56,989 bases of DNA, taken from positions 1 to 56,989 of the forward strand of contig CAMAOY010000001.1 of NCBI GenBank assembly GCA_945859865.1, given 5' to 3'. Within the stretch, counting starts at the first letter, position 1, and every line of letters starts with the position of its first letter. Below the pieces are notes generated by a model. That model worked only from the letters and a program-made list of their open reading frames with translations, did not search any database and was not told the origin of the DNA. A program made the position numbers and the translations under genes. Of the stretch, positions 30,674 to 41,732 are shown piece by piece. The DNA comes from Phenylobacterium deserti. GTDB taxonomy: Bacteria > Pseudomonadota > Alphaproteobacteria > Caulobacterales > Caulobacteraceae.

Positions 30674-32581
30674 TCAATAGCGAGCCCGCACGCCGAGGGC
30701 AGCCGGGGTCGGTGTGTCGGACAGGCCCTTGGCTCGCTTCAGCACCCAGTCGACAAGTGTGCCCGATATGGCCGAGGCCCCCGGTTCGCCAGGCCGGGCC
30801 TGGCCCGCCCGGGAATCGTCCGCGCCCACGAAGTCGGTATGGAAGTAGATGGCGGCATTGATGGCCGGATCGAACGGGCTGACAGCCTTGGCCTCCGGGG
30901 TCTGCCAGGTCCCGGTCTTGTTGACCTCGGTATAGTCCCTCACGCCCGGGAAGGGGTTGCCGGTCACGCCCTGGGTGAAGCCCTGGCGGGCCACATAGAC
31001 CGGGACCCCGGCGATGGTGGCCTTGTCGAGGTCAAGCTTCACGCCGTCGCGGTCGATCTTCAGCGTCCGGTAGCGGCTCACGAAGCCCGCGTCGAAGTCC
31101 CAGCGCTCGGAAGGGTACCAGTTCGAGCCGATCATGTCGGAGGCGTCGATAACCCGACGGCCCGACTGGGCGAACTTCACCGTCACGGGCCGGATGTTGG
31201 AGCGCGTGGGCGCAAAGGCCTGGGCGTTCAGCCACAGGCCCGCGCGGCCAGCCTCCTTCGGCCCCTCGGGTCCGGGCTCGATCCAGCCGTGGACCCGGCC
31301 AGGATCGACCATGGCGCCGGAGGGTACGCACTTGGGGGGCGGGCCCATGGCGCGCAGGGGGCCGGCCGCCGCTGGCGGCGGCGTGCGATCGCAGCTGTCC
31401 AAGGTCCCGGGCATGGGCGTGAAGTCCAGCCGGCCCAGGCCCTGGCCCAGGAACTGGAGGATCTGCATCTGTACCCCACCGCCGGGTACGGGGTCGGTGT
31501 CGAAGCTCGCACCGGCCCGGGCGAGCCAGGTCATGCGGGTGGTCTTCAGAAAGTCGTCCCCCGGGGCGGGCGCCATGCCCGCGACGCGGAGGGGGAAGAT
31601 GGCCTCGGCGTTGGGATCGGACAGGGCGTAGTAGACGCCGGTTACCGACTGGCTGGCGGCGGAGGCCGGACCGGCTATGGCACCCAGGATGCCGTTGGCG
31701 TCGGTATAGACCCGGTCCTTGCCGCTGCGCAGGGCGTTAACCCGGGCAAGGTAGGCGTCAAGTTCCGCGGCGGTGGGCTCGGGCTGTACGCCCGCTGACG
31801 GGCCGCCGTCGAGGAAGATCAGCCCCGCCAGGCCCTCCACCCCGCGCTTGCCGCCCGGGCCCCGCCGCGCCGCATAGTTGGACACGAAGCCACCGCCCTG
31901 GCTGTGCCCGGCGAGGAAGATGTTGCGGGCACCGGACCGCTCGCGGATCCGCCCGATCATGGCGTCGACATCCGCGGCGTAGGCCTCGAAGCCCCAGTCG
32001 GCCATGAAGGCCAGGTCGGCCTGGGTCAGGGGCTTCCAGGCCGCAGCGGCGGTGGCAGGCCCCACCTTGCCGTCGGGCCCGATAGCGTCCGCGCCCAGGT
32101 AGTGGTTCAGGGCGATCTGCGGGTCGCCCTTGCGCCGGGCCTCGGTCAGGGCCTCGGTCTCGGCTAGGTTGGCGCCCCGGCGCTGCAGGACCCAGACCTC
32201 CAGGCGGCACGGCTGGCCGTCGCAGATCTGCTTTGCCGCGCCGGAGACCATCTGGCTGGACAGGTAGAGCCAGTGGGGCGGGGTCGAGGAGAAGCCCGGC
32301 AGTCCGACGATCACGGCGTTGGCGGGCCGGGGCCGGTCGCCATCGGCGGAGGCCCGAAGGCGCAGGAAGCTGGCGGTATTCAGGGCGGCGGGGGTGCCGG
32401 GCACCTTGCCCCCGGGAACCTGGATATATTCGGCGACCACGTCGGGATAGCCTGGGACCCGGCTGCCGGCGTCTCCGGCCGGTGCGGGGCGCGCCATCGG
32501 CGCTGCCATTGCGGCGACGGGACCTGGGAGCAGGGCTGCGGACAGGCAGGCGGCGGCGATCCGGACTGCGGCGTGGGTCAT
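30674..32581 (-). CDS. Large secreted alpha/beta-hydrolase-fold protein of unknown function
   Basis: Signal peptide, PGFSS oxyanion-like loop, RRGANL, nucleophile elbow GHSQGG, LIFLDGG, C-terminal HTDF. RBS GGAGGA; host-like codon usage. Confidence 0.75.
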   Translation of the reverse strand: MTHAAVRIAAACLSAALLPGPVAAMAAPMARPAPAGDAGSRVPGYPDVVAEYIQVPGGKVPGTPAALNTASFLRLRASADGDRPRPANAVIVGLPGFSSTPPHWLYLSSQMVSGAAKQICDGQPCRLEVWVLQRRGANLAETEALTEARRKGDPQIALNHYLGADAIGPDGKVGPATAAAAWKPLTQADLAFMADWGFEAYAADVDAMIGRIRERSGARNIFLAGHSQGGGFVSNYAARRGPGGKRGVEGLAGLIFLDGGPSAGVQPEPTAAELDAYLARVNALRSGKDRVYTDANGILGAIAGPASAASQSVTGVYYALSDPNAEAIFPLRVAGMAPAPGDDFLKTTRMTWLARAGASFDTDPVPGGGVQMQILQFLGQGLGRLDFTPMPGTLDSCDRTPPPAAAGPLRAMGPPPKCVPSGAMVDPGRVHGWIEPGPEGPKEAGRAGLWLNAQAFAPTRSNIRPVTVKFAQSGRRVIDASDMIGSNWYPSERWDFDAGFVSRYRTLKIDRDGVKLDLDKATIAGVPVYVARQGFTQGVTGNPFPGVRDYTEVNKTGTWQTPEAKAVSPFDPAINAAIYFHTDFVGADDSRAGQARPGEPGASAISGTLVDWVLKRAKGLSDTPTPAALGVRARY

Positions 32582-32660
32582 GGCATCCTCCCTCATCCTG
32601 GGTTCAGCCCAGGGCGGAAGCCAAGTCTAGGGCCGCCCGGGGGAATGGGAAAGGCGGGCT

Positions 32661-33812
32661 TCAGCTCCCGGTGACGTCTTCCCAGAATCTCCGGGCCCGG
32701 TTCAGGAATCCGCTGGATTCCGGATGCTGCTGCTCGCTGGAGATCTCGGCGAACTCCTGCATCAGCGCCTTCTGACGGGCGTCGAGCCGGGTCGGCGTCT
32801 CCACGAAGAGTTCTACCAACAGGTCGCCACGCTCACGGCTGCGCAGGGAGGGCATGCCCCGACCCCGTATGCGCACGGTCCGGCCGGTCTGGGTGCCGTC
32901 CGGCACCTTGACGGTCACCCGGTCAGTCTGCTCGCCACCTGCGCCCGGTCCGCCTGAAAGGCACGGGGCTTCGATCTCACCGCCAAGGACCGCCGTGGTC
33001 ATGGGGACAGGTACGGTGCAGTGCAGGTCGAGGCCTTCGCGCTCGAACAGGTCGTGAGGCCGTACCGAGACGAAGATATAGAGGTCGCCGCGGGGTCCGC
33101 CCCGGGCTCCGGAGTCGCCCTCGCCCGCCAGGCGGATCCGCGAGCCGTCGTCCACTCCGGCGGGGATGCGGACCTGGAGGGTCCGGTTGCGCCGTACCTG
33201 GCCGTGGCCGCGACACGAGGTGCAGGGATCGCTGATCGTCCGCCCCTCTCCACCGCATCGGGGGCAGGTGCGCTCGATGGCGAAGAAGCCCTGGGCGGCC
33301 CGGACCCGGCCGGCCCCGCCGCAGGTCGGGCAGGTGACGGGGCTGGTCCCCGGCTTGGCCCCGCCGCCCTCGCAGGCCTCGCAGCTTATGGTGGTGGCGG
33401 CGGTGATCTCGACCTCTGCCCCGGCATAGGCCTGCTCCAGGGTAATCTCGAGGTCGTAGCGGAGGTCCTGGCCCCGGGCCGGGCCGCTGCGCCTCTGCCC
33501 GCCGCCGAACATGTCGCCGAAGGCCGACCCGAAGACCTCCGAGAAGATGTCGTTGATGTCGGTGAAGCCTGCGCCGCCGCCGCCCTGGCCGCCGTTCACC
33601 CCGGCGTGGCCGAACTGGTCGTAGGCAGCCCGCTTCTTGGGATCCGACAGGACCGAATAGGCCTCGTTGATCTCCTTGAATCGTGTCGATGCCTCCTCAG
33701 AGCCGCCATTCCGGTCCGGGTGGTGCTCCATGGCCAGCTTGCGGAAGGCAGACTTGAGTGCGGCCTCGTCGCTGCCGCGGGCCACGCCCAGGATTTCGTA
33801 ATAGTCGCGCAT
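32661..33812 (-). CDS. dnaJ: Chaperone DnaJ
   Basis: J-domain with HPD, G/F region, four CxxCxGxG repeats, IPAGVDDG.RIRL.GEG. Confidence 0.97.
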   Translation of the reverse strand: MRDYYEILGVARGSDEAALKSAFRKLAMEHHPDRNGGSEEASTRFKEINEAYSVLSDPKKRAAYDQFGHAGVNGGQGGGGAGFTDINDIFSEVFGSAFGDMFGGGQRRSGPARGQDLRYDLEITLEQAYAGAEVEITAATTISCEACEGGGAKPGTSPVTCPTCGGAGRVRAAQGFFAIERTCPRCGGEGRTISDPCTSCRGHGQVRRNRTLQVRIPAGVDDGSRIRLAGEGDSGARGGPRGDLYIFVSVRPHDLFEREGLDLHCTVPVPMTTAVLGGEIEAPCLSGGPGAGGEQTDRVTVKVPDGTQTGRTVRIRGRGMPSLRSRERGDLLVELFVETPTRLDARQKALMQEFAEISSEQQHPESSGFLNRARRFWEDVTGS

Positions 33813-33894
33813 GAGGCGTCAGGCCTTCCGATGCATCTTTCCGAAAGGACGCCGGCCTCGCCTCAGGTCGAGGCGGGCCGGGTCCCGGACAGGT

Positions 33895-35790
<1,896 letters not shown>

Positions 35791-35925
35791 GATGGGTCTC
35801 AAACGCTCCTAATTGGCGGACCGCGCCCGAGGAGCCTCGTCACCAAGCACCCCCCGTTCCTGCGGTCCCCTTGAACAGTCCGGGGTCAACAGCAGGCTCT
35901 TTCGGAGCCATCCTGTCGCCGTGCG

Positions 35926-35953
35926 ATATGGTGCGAATGCGCCGCTCTGCAAG
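35926..35953 (-). promoter_or_regulatory. RpoH (sigma32) heat-shock promoter of dnaKJ
   Basis: Minus strand CTTG-N18-CCATAT (CTTGCAGAGCGGCGCATTCGCACCATAT), about 135 bp upstream of dnaK. Confidence 0.7.
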
Positions 35954-35963
35954 TGCAAAGTCC

Positions 35964-36461
35964 CTAAACCGTAAAGGGCTTTGGCGCAGCCGCGAGGGGC
36001 GTTCCCGCCAGAAGGGCGGCATGGACCTCGGGGGCGAAGGGCGTTGAGGCCCCCCGGGAGGCCAGGAAGGCATGCTGAACGGCCATGGCCTGCTGCTCGA
36101 TGTTGAGGTCCGAAAACCCCAGTCCAAAGCCCGGTTCATAGTGGTAGGCCTCGGGTCCGTCCCCGGCCCTCAGCTTGGCCAGGGCCAGGTTGACGCCCGT
36201 CTGGGCCTGCCAGACGTGGGTCAGCTCATGGATCAGGACGCCCTGCAGGGACAGGCGGGCCTGGCTGAAGTCCTGCAAGGCTGCGGAGGCCGGCCAGAAG
36301 ACCAGGGCCGGGCCTGCGGCGAACGGACGGCGCCAGACCGGCAGGGCGAAGATCCGGACGCGCTCCAGGGCCAGGGCGGAGCCGAACATGGCCGCCGCCA
36401 GCGCCGTCTCCCCATCCGTCAGTCGGCGCAGGGCACCCGGCCTCATCCGTCTTCCGTCCAT
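35964..36461 (-). CDS. Small zincin-like HExxH protein (vgr/Rhs-related, DUF4157-like)
   Basis: R.LT.GE.ALA...FG, IHELTHVWQAQ.G, Y.Y, F...NIEQQA..V. Confidence 0.72.
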   Translation of the reverse strand: MDGRRMRPGALRRLTDGETALAAAMFGSALALERVRIFALPVWRRPFAAGPALVFWPASAALQDFSQARLSLQGVLIHELTHVWQAQTGVNLALAKLRAGDGPEAYHYEPGFGLGFSDLNIEQQAMAVQHAFLASRGASTPFAPEVHAALLAGTPLAAAPKPFTV

Positions 36462-36599
36462 AGACGTCGATATGCTCCCTCCCGGTCCGCGCTGGAAGCC
36501 CCCGGAAGCGACCTTTCAGGCATCGCAGGCTTTGACACCGGCCGCACCTGTCGCCAAATGGGAAGGGGCTGGTGAAGACCGGCGAGGGAGACCCGAACC

Positions 36600-37496
36600 A
36601 TGAAGACCCTGACGCGTCCGGAGGGTACCGAACCTGGGGACCTGACCGTCTCGCGGCGGAGACTGGCGCTGGCAGCCTTCGGCGGTTACGCCCTCTACGC
36701 CTTCTCCGCAGAGGCCCAGACTGTCGCCACCCCCGCGACAGGCCTCATCGCCGGCGAGGTCGAGGTGGATGTCGGCGACCGCATGGTGCCCGCCTATCTG
36801 GCCCGCCCCGACGCCCCGGGCCGGTTTCCCGTCGTCCTGGTGATTTCCGAGGTCTTCGGGGTCCACGAATACATCCGCGATGTCTGCCGCCGCCTGGCGA
36901 AGCTGGGCTACGTGGCCATCGCCCCGGACCTCTTCGTCCGGTCGGGTGATCCTTCCAAGACCAACGACTTCAACCAGATCCGCCGCATTGTGGGCGCGGC
37001 CTCGGACAAGCAGATCTTCAACGACCTGTCTGGGACCGTCCGGTTCCTAAAGGCCCAGTCCTTCGTGGACAAGTCCCGGATGGCAGTCACCGGCTTCTGC
37101 TGGGGTGGTGCCATCGCCTGGCTCATCTGCCAGCGCATGCCGGATTTCCGCGCCGGCGCGGCCTGGTATGGCCGGCTGACCGCGCCCAAGCCGGGGGAGT
37201 TCCTTGGCGAAACCAACCGCCCCTGGCCGCTCCCCGGCGTGGCTCAGCTGCGGGCCCCGGTGATCGGATTCTATGCCGGCAAGGACCAGGGCATCCCTCT
37301 TGCCGATGTCGAGGCCATGCGCAGTGCCCTGGTCGCCGCCCGCAAGACCGACAGCCAGATCATCGTCTATCCGGACAGCCAGCACGGGTTCCACGCGGAC
37401 TACCGAACCAGCTACGATCCTGCCGCAGCCCGGGACGCCTGGACCCGGATGCTGGCCCACTTCGCCGCCAGAGGGGTAAAGCCCCGGCCGTTCTAG
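36600..37496 (+). CDS. Dienelactone hydrolase family protein with Tat signal
   Basis: SRRRLAL Tat-like signal, EVFGVHEYIRDVCRRLA, GFCWGG, D.GIP, HGFHADYR.SY. Confidence 0.9.
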   Translation: MKTLTRPEGTEPGDLTVSRRRLALAAFGGYALYAFSAEAQTVATPATGLIAGEVEVDVGDRMVPAYLARPDAPGRFPVVLVISEVFGVHEYIRDVCRRLAKLGYVAIAPDLFVRSGDPSKTNDFNQIRRIVGAASDKQIFNDLSGTVRFLKAQSFVDKSRMAVTGFCWGGAIAWLICQRMPDFRAGAAWYGRLTAPKPGEFLGETNRPWPLPGVAQLRAPVIGFYAGKDQGIPLADVEAMRSALVAARKTDSQIIVYPDSQHGFHADYRTSYDPAAARDAWTRMLAHFAARGVKPRPF

Positions 37497-37505
37497 GTCC
37501 CGGCG

Positions 37506-37572
37506 CCCTCACCCGGCTTCGCCCTGAGCTCTCCATTGGGGGCGCAATTGGCTCTATAATTCCTCCCCCCAG
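37506..37572 (-). repeat. Degenerate partial copy of the palindromic intergenic repeat
   Basis: Reverse complement TGGGGGGAGGAATT...CAATTGCGCCCCCAATGGAGAGCTCAGGGCGAAGCCGGGTGAGGG aligns with 44081-44149. Confidence 0.7.
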
Positions 37573-37617
37573 TCCCTATCTTGGGGCCATCAGAGCTCCC
37601 GCCGACGGAACCCGCCG

Positions 37618-38316
37618 ATGATCGACCTGCGTCCCTTCGATACCCTCGGCGGTGCCGACCATGGCTGGCTGCGGGCCCGGCATCACTTCTCCTTCTCGGG
37701 CTACCAGGACCCGGCGCGCATGAACTGGGGCGCTCTTCGGGTCTGGAACGACGACGCCATCCAGCCGAACGCGGGCTTTCCGGCCCATGCGCACCAGGAC
37801 ATGGAGATCATCACCTATGTCCTCGAGGGCGCAATCAGCCACCAGGACAGCCTGGGAAACCAGGGCCGAACCGCCGCCGGCGACGTCCAGGTGATGAGCG
37901 CCGGTTCGGGCATCCGGCACGCGGAGTACAACCTTGAGCCGGGCATCACCCGCCTCTTCCAGATCTGGATCCTGCCAGCCCAGGCCGGTGGCGCGCCGTC
38001 CTGGGGTGCCCGGCCCTTCCCGAGGGATGACCGTGCCGGGCGCTTCGTGACCCTCGCCTCCGGCCTTCCGGGAGATGACGAGGCCCTGCCCATCCGCACA
38101 CCTGGCCGGGTGCTGGGCGCGACCCTGCTGGCCGGCGAACGCATCGACTATGAGCTCCCGCCTGAGCGCCGGGCCTATCTCGTACCGGCCCGCGGAGCGG
38201 TGGAGGTCAATGGCGTCCACGTCGGGACCCGGGACGGGGCCGCCATCTCTGGCGAACCTGTTCTGCGCATCACGGCCCTCTCGGACGCCGAACTGGTGAT
38301 GGTGGATACGGTCTGA
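37618..38316 (+). CDS. Pirin family protein (YhhW-like)
   Basis: HGWL.A.HHFSF..Y.DP, LRVWNDD, GFP.H.HQDMEIITYV, H.DS.GN, QVMSAG.GI.H.E.N, FQIWI.P. Confidence 0.93.
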   Translation: MIDLRPFDTLGGADHGWLRARHHFSFSGYQDPARMNWGALRVWNDDAIQPNAGFPAHAHQDMEIITYVLEGAISHQDSLGNQGRTAAGDVQVMSAGSGIRHAEYNLEPGITRLFQIWILPAQAGGAPSWGARPFPRDDRAGRFVTLASGLPGDDEALPIRTPGRVLGATLLAGERIDYELPPERRAYLVPARGAVEVNGVHVGTRDGAAISGEPVLRITALSDAELVMVDTV

Positions 38317-38325
38317 GCCGTCTGC

Positions 38326-39930
38326 CTACCAGGTCCAGTCCCGGGCCAGACGGTCCAGCAGCCGGACCCCGAAGCCCGAGGATCCGGCTGGCTTGACCGC
38401 ATTCGCCGCGCCGTACGCCACGCCGGCGATGTCGATATGGGCCCAGGGAATGTCGCGGCTGATGAACTCGCCGATGAACCAGGCACCGGTCCCGGCTCCG
38501 GCACCGCCTTCCCCGCTGTTCTTGATGTCAGCGATGGTGGAGGCCGTGTCCTTGGCGTAGCTGGGATGGAGCGGCATCTTCCAGAGCTGTTCGCCGGTCT
38601 GCTCGCCAGCGGTCATCAGCCGGTCGGCCAGGGCGTCGCCCCGTGCGAATAGACCGGCATAGTCGTCCCCGAGAGCCGTACGGATTGCGCCGGTGAGGGT
38701 GGCGAGGTCCACGACCGCCGCAGGCTTCAGGTTGCGCTCGGCCCAGACCAGGGCGTCGGCGAGGACCAGCCGGCCTTCGGCGTCAGTGGAGATGATCTCG
38801 ATGGTCTTCCCGTTCATGGCCGTCAGCACGTCGCCAGGCCGGATGGCGGCGCCGTCCGGCATGTTCTCGGCCAGGGCGGCGACGGCAGCTACGTTCACCG
38901 GTGCCCCGGACTTCGCCAGGGACAGGACCGCCCCGGTCACTGAGGCGGCGCCGGACATGTCCATCTTCATCTCGCCCATGCCGGCCCCAGCCTTGATGGA
39001 CAGGCCGCCGCTATCGAAGGTGATGCCCTTGCCCGCCAGGACCAGGGGCTTGCCCTCTGGGACCCCGGCACCCCGGTAGCGCACGACCAGGAGGCGCGGG
39101 GGGCGTGCAGACCCCATGCCCACGCCAGAGAGGGCGCCCATGCCGAGTTGCCGGATGGCGACATCGTCGAGGACCTCGATTCTGACGCCCGGGATCCCGG
39201 CAAAGGCCGCCCGGGCGCTGTCCACGAAGGCCTGGGGATAGAGGAGGTTGGCGGGCAGGTTGGAGACGTCCCGGGTCCACTGGACCGCCTCGACCAGGGC
39301 GAGGCCCCGGTTTCGGTATATCGGCTCGGCGCCGGCTGCACCTGCACCCATGAAGACGACGCCCGCCGGTGCCACCTTCGACCGCTCCGAGGTCAGGAGG
39401 TCCGACCGGTACTCTCCGATGCCAAAGCCGGTGGCGAGCTCCGCCAGCCCGCCGGCCTCAAGCCTTCCCGTCGCCACGGTGACCGGTGCCGGGACCTTGG
39501 CAAGGGCACGGCCCAGGGCTTCGCCCGCCGCCTGAATGCGAGCCGGGGAGGCCCCCTCGCCCAGGCCGAGGAGGATCACCTGGTCGAGGCCCCCGAAGGC
39601 CCTGAGGGTCAGAATCTCGCCGTTGTCGAAGTCGAAGTCCTCGGCCTCCGCCGCCTTGCGGATGTCGGCACCCGCGTTGGGCGAGAGGACTTCGGACGCC
39701 CGCTCCGACGCCTGGGTGATGGAGTCTGCGGCGATCACCAGGACGCCCCCGGTCACCCGGGCCGTCCCGACGAAGGCTGCGGGCCGGCGTTGGGTGGCGG
39801 TGGTCCAGACGGTGGTCGCCGGAGCGATCTTGGTGCCGGTCTTCGGCGTCGCCGCAATCGAGGGATCCGGAGCGGCCAACAGCGAGGCCAGGACAAGGCC
39901 TGCCAGGGCGAAGGGACGGAGCGGAGGCAT
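38326..39930 (-). CDS. Leucyl aminopeptidase (M17) with N-terminal signal peptide
   Basis: GKGITFDSGG.SIK, MKMDMSGAA, ENMP, TDAEGRLVLAD, ATLTGA, WAHIDIAG. Hydrophobic leader MPPLRPFALAGLVLASLLAAP. Confidence 0.9.
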   Translation of the reverse strand: MPPLRPFALAGLVLASLLAAPDPSIAATPKTGTKIAPATTVWTTATQRRPAAFVGTARVTGGVLVIAADSITQASERASEVLSPNAGADIRKAAEAEDFDFDNGEILTLRAFGGLDQVILLGLGEGASPARIQAAGEALGRALAKVPAPVTVATGRLEAGGLAELATGFGIGEYRSDLLTSERSKVAPAGVVFMGAGAAGAEPIYRNRGLALVEAVQWTRDVSNLPANLLYPQAFVDSARAAFAGIPGVRIEVLDDVAIRQLGMGALSGVGMGSARPPRLLVVRYRGAGVPEGKPLVLAGKGITFDSGGLSIKAGAGMGEMKMDMSGAASVTGAVLSLAKSGAPVNVAAVAALAENMPDGAAIRPGDVLTAMNGKTIEIISTDAEGRLVLADALVWAERNLKPAAVVDLATLTGAIRTALGDDYAGLFARGDALADRLMTAGEQTGEQLWKMPLHPSYAKDTASTIADIKNSGEGGAGAGTGAWFIGEFISRDIPWAHIDIAGVAYGAANAVKPAGSSGFGVRLLDRLARDWTW

Positions 39931-39956
39931 GACGGTTTCCTTGGGAGGGATAAGAA

Positions 39957-41570
39957 CTAGTGCCGGAAGACCCGCACGCCCGTGAAGGCCATGGTCACGT
40001 CGGCGGCGTCGGCGGCGGCGATCACCTCCGCGTCGCGGATGGATCCGCCCGGCTGGATCACCGCCGTGGCGCCTGCCTCTGCTGCCTGGACCAGGCCGTC
40101 GGCGAAGGGGAAGAAGGCTTCAGAGGCGCAGGCTGAGCCCTGGGCCAGACTCTCCGGAAGGCCCGCCTGTTCGGCGGCCTCGCCGGCGCGGATCGCGGCG
40201 ATCCGGGCGGAGTCCCGCCGGTTCATCTGGCCCGCGCCAATGCCTGCCGTCTGGCCGTCCCGGGCGAAGACAATGGCGTTGGACTTGACGTGCTTGGCCA
40301 CGGTGAAGGCGAACAGCATGTCCTCGACCTCCTGCGGGGTCGGCTGCCTTTGCGTGACGATCTTCAGGTCCGCCGCCGTCACCCGGGCGGTGTCGCGGCC
40401 CTGGACCAGGAAGCCCCCGGCGACCGGCTTGAAGACCTCGCCCGGCGCCAGGGGATCGGGCATGCCGCCGATCAGCAGCAGGCGAAGGTCCTTCTTCTTC
40501 GCGAACAGGGCGATGGCCTCGTCGTCGGCCTCAGGCGCCACGACCACCTCGGTAAAGATCTTTAGGATCTCCTTCGCCGAGGCCGCATCCAGCCGGCGGT
40601 TCACCGCCACGATGCCGCCGAAGGCAGAGACCGGGTCGCACTGCAGAGCCCGGGCGTAGGCTGTCTTGAGGTCTGCGCCCAGGGCCACGCCGCAGGGGTT
40701 GGCGTGCTTGATGATGGCCACAGCCGCGGACCTGGCCGGATCAAACTCCGCCAATAGTTCGATTGCCGCGTCGGTGTCGGCGATGTTGTTGTAGCTCAGG
40801 GCCTTGCCCTGCATCTGCCGGGCCGTCGCCACACCAATGCGCGGTGATTCCGCGACATAGAAGGCCGCCGCCTGGTGGGGGTTCTCGCCATACCTCAGGG
40901 TCTGGGCCAGCCGGCCCGAGAAGGTGCGGCGCTTCGGGGCGGTCTCGCCCAGTTCCCGGGCGAACCAGGTGGAGATGGCTGCGTCATAGGCTGCCGTGCG
41001 GGCATAGGCCCGGCCCGCCAGGGTCCGGCGCAGGGACAGGCTCGTAGTCCCCTCAACCTCCAGTTCCGCCAAAACTGCCTGCAGGTCCTCCAGCTCGGTA
41101 CAGACCGCCACATAGGCATGGTTCTTGGCTGCCGAGCGGATCATGGCCGGTCCGCCGATGTCGATGTTCTCGATGGCGTTGGCGGCGTCCGCCCCGCCGG
41201 CCACGGTCTTCTCGAAGGGGTAGAGGTTGACGTAGACGAGGTCGATTCCGCCAATGCCGTGCTCGGCCATGGCGGCGGCATGGGCCGGGGCGTCGCGCAC
41301 GCCCAGCAGGCCGCCGTGCACCCCCGGGTGCAGGGTCTTGACCCGACCGTCCATCATTTCCGGGAAGCCGGTCAGGTCCGAGACGTCCTTCACCGCCAGG
41401 CCGGCCGCGGCAATGGCCGCCCGGGTGCCGCCGGTGGAGACCAGCTCGACCCCCAGCCGGGACAGGGCCTGGGCCGCCTCGACTAGGCCGGTCTTGTCCG
41501 ACACCGAGATCAGGCCGCGGCGGACGTGGGCGCGGTCAGGGGCGGGCGGGAAGTGGGGTGCGGCAGGCAT
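39957..41570 (-). CDS. purH: Bifunctional AICAR transformylase/IMP cyclohydrolase
   Basis: [66 protein letters not shown]. Confidence 0.97.
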   Translation of the reverse strand: MPAAPHFPPAPDRAHVRRGLISVSDKTGLVEAAQALSRLGVELVSTGGTRAAIAAAGLAVKDVSDLTGFPEMMDGRVKTLHPGVHGGLLGVRDAPAHAAAMAEHGIGGIDLVYVNLYPFEKTVAGGADAANAIENIDIGGPAMIRSAAKNHAYVAVCTELEDLQAVLAELEVEGTTSLSLRRTLAGRAYARTAAYDAAISTWFARELGETAPKRRTFSGRLAQTLRYGENPHQAAAFYVAESPRIGVATARQMQGKALSYNNIADTDAAIELLAEFDPARSAAVAIIKHANPCGVALGADLKTAYARALQCDPVSAFGGIVAVNRRLDAASAKEILKIFTEVVVAPEADDEAIALFAKKKDLRLLLIGGMPDPLAPGEVFKPVAGGFLVQGRDTARVTAADLKIVTQRQPTPQEVEDMLFAFTVAKHVKSNAIVFARDGQTAGIGAGQMNRRDSARIAAIRAGEAAEQAGLPESLAQGSACASEAFFPFADGLVQAAEAGATAVIQPGGSIRDAEVIAAADAADVTMAFTGVRVFRH

Positions 41571-41596
41571 GGCGCTCTCCGTGGCGGTTCGGAAGG

Positions 41597-41675
41597 TCGG
41601 CCCAGGCGAGCGGCACTTTGACGTCCCTGCGCTCCCCGGTGGAGTTCCACCTGTTTCGCCAGTCACGCGGGACGA
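41597..41675 (-). promoter_or_regulatory. ZMP/ZTP riboswitch (pfl motif)
   Basis: Minus strand GTCCCGCGTGACTGGCGAAACAGGTGGAACTCCACCGGGGAGCGCAGGGAC...GCCGCTCGCCTGGGCC. Contains the hallmark GACTGGCG, GGTGG/CCACCGGGGAGC and GCCGYYCGCCTGGGC segments, directly upstream of purH. Confidence 0.93.
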
Positions 41676-41732
41676 AAGGACTCTAGCCCAGCCGGCGATT
41701 CCCTGAAACCGCCCTCAGCCCGTCTCGGGGCG

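Noticed and set aside
35791-35960. CIRCE operator upstream of dnaK
   Set aside because: No TTAGCACTC-N9-GAGTGCTAA sequence is present.
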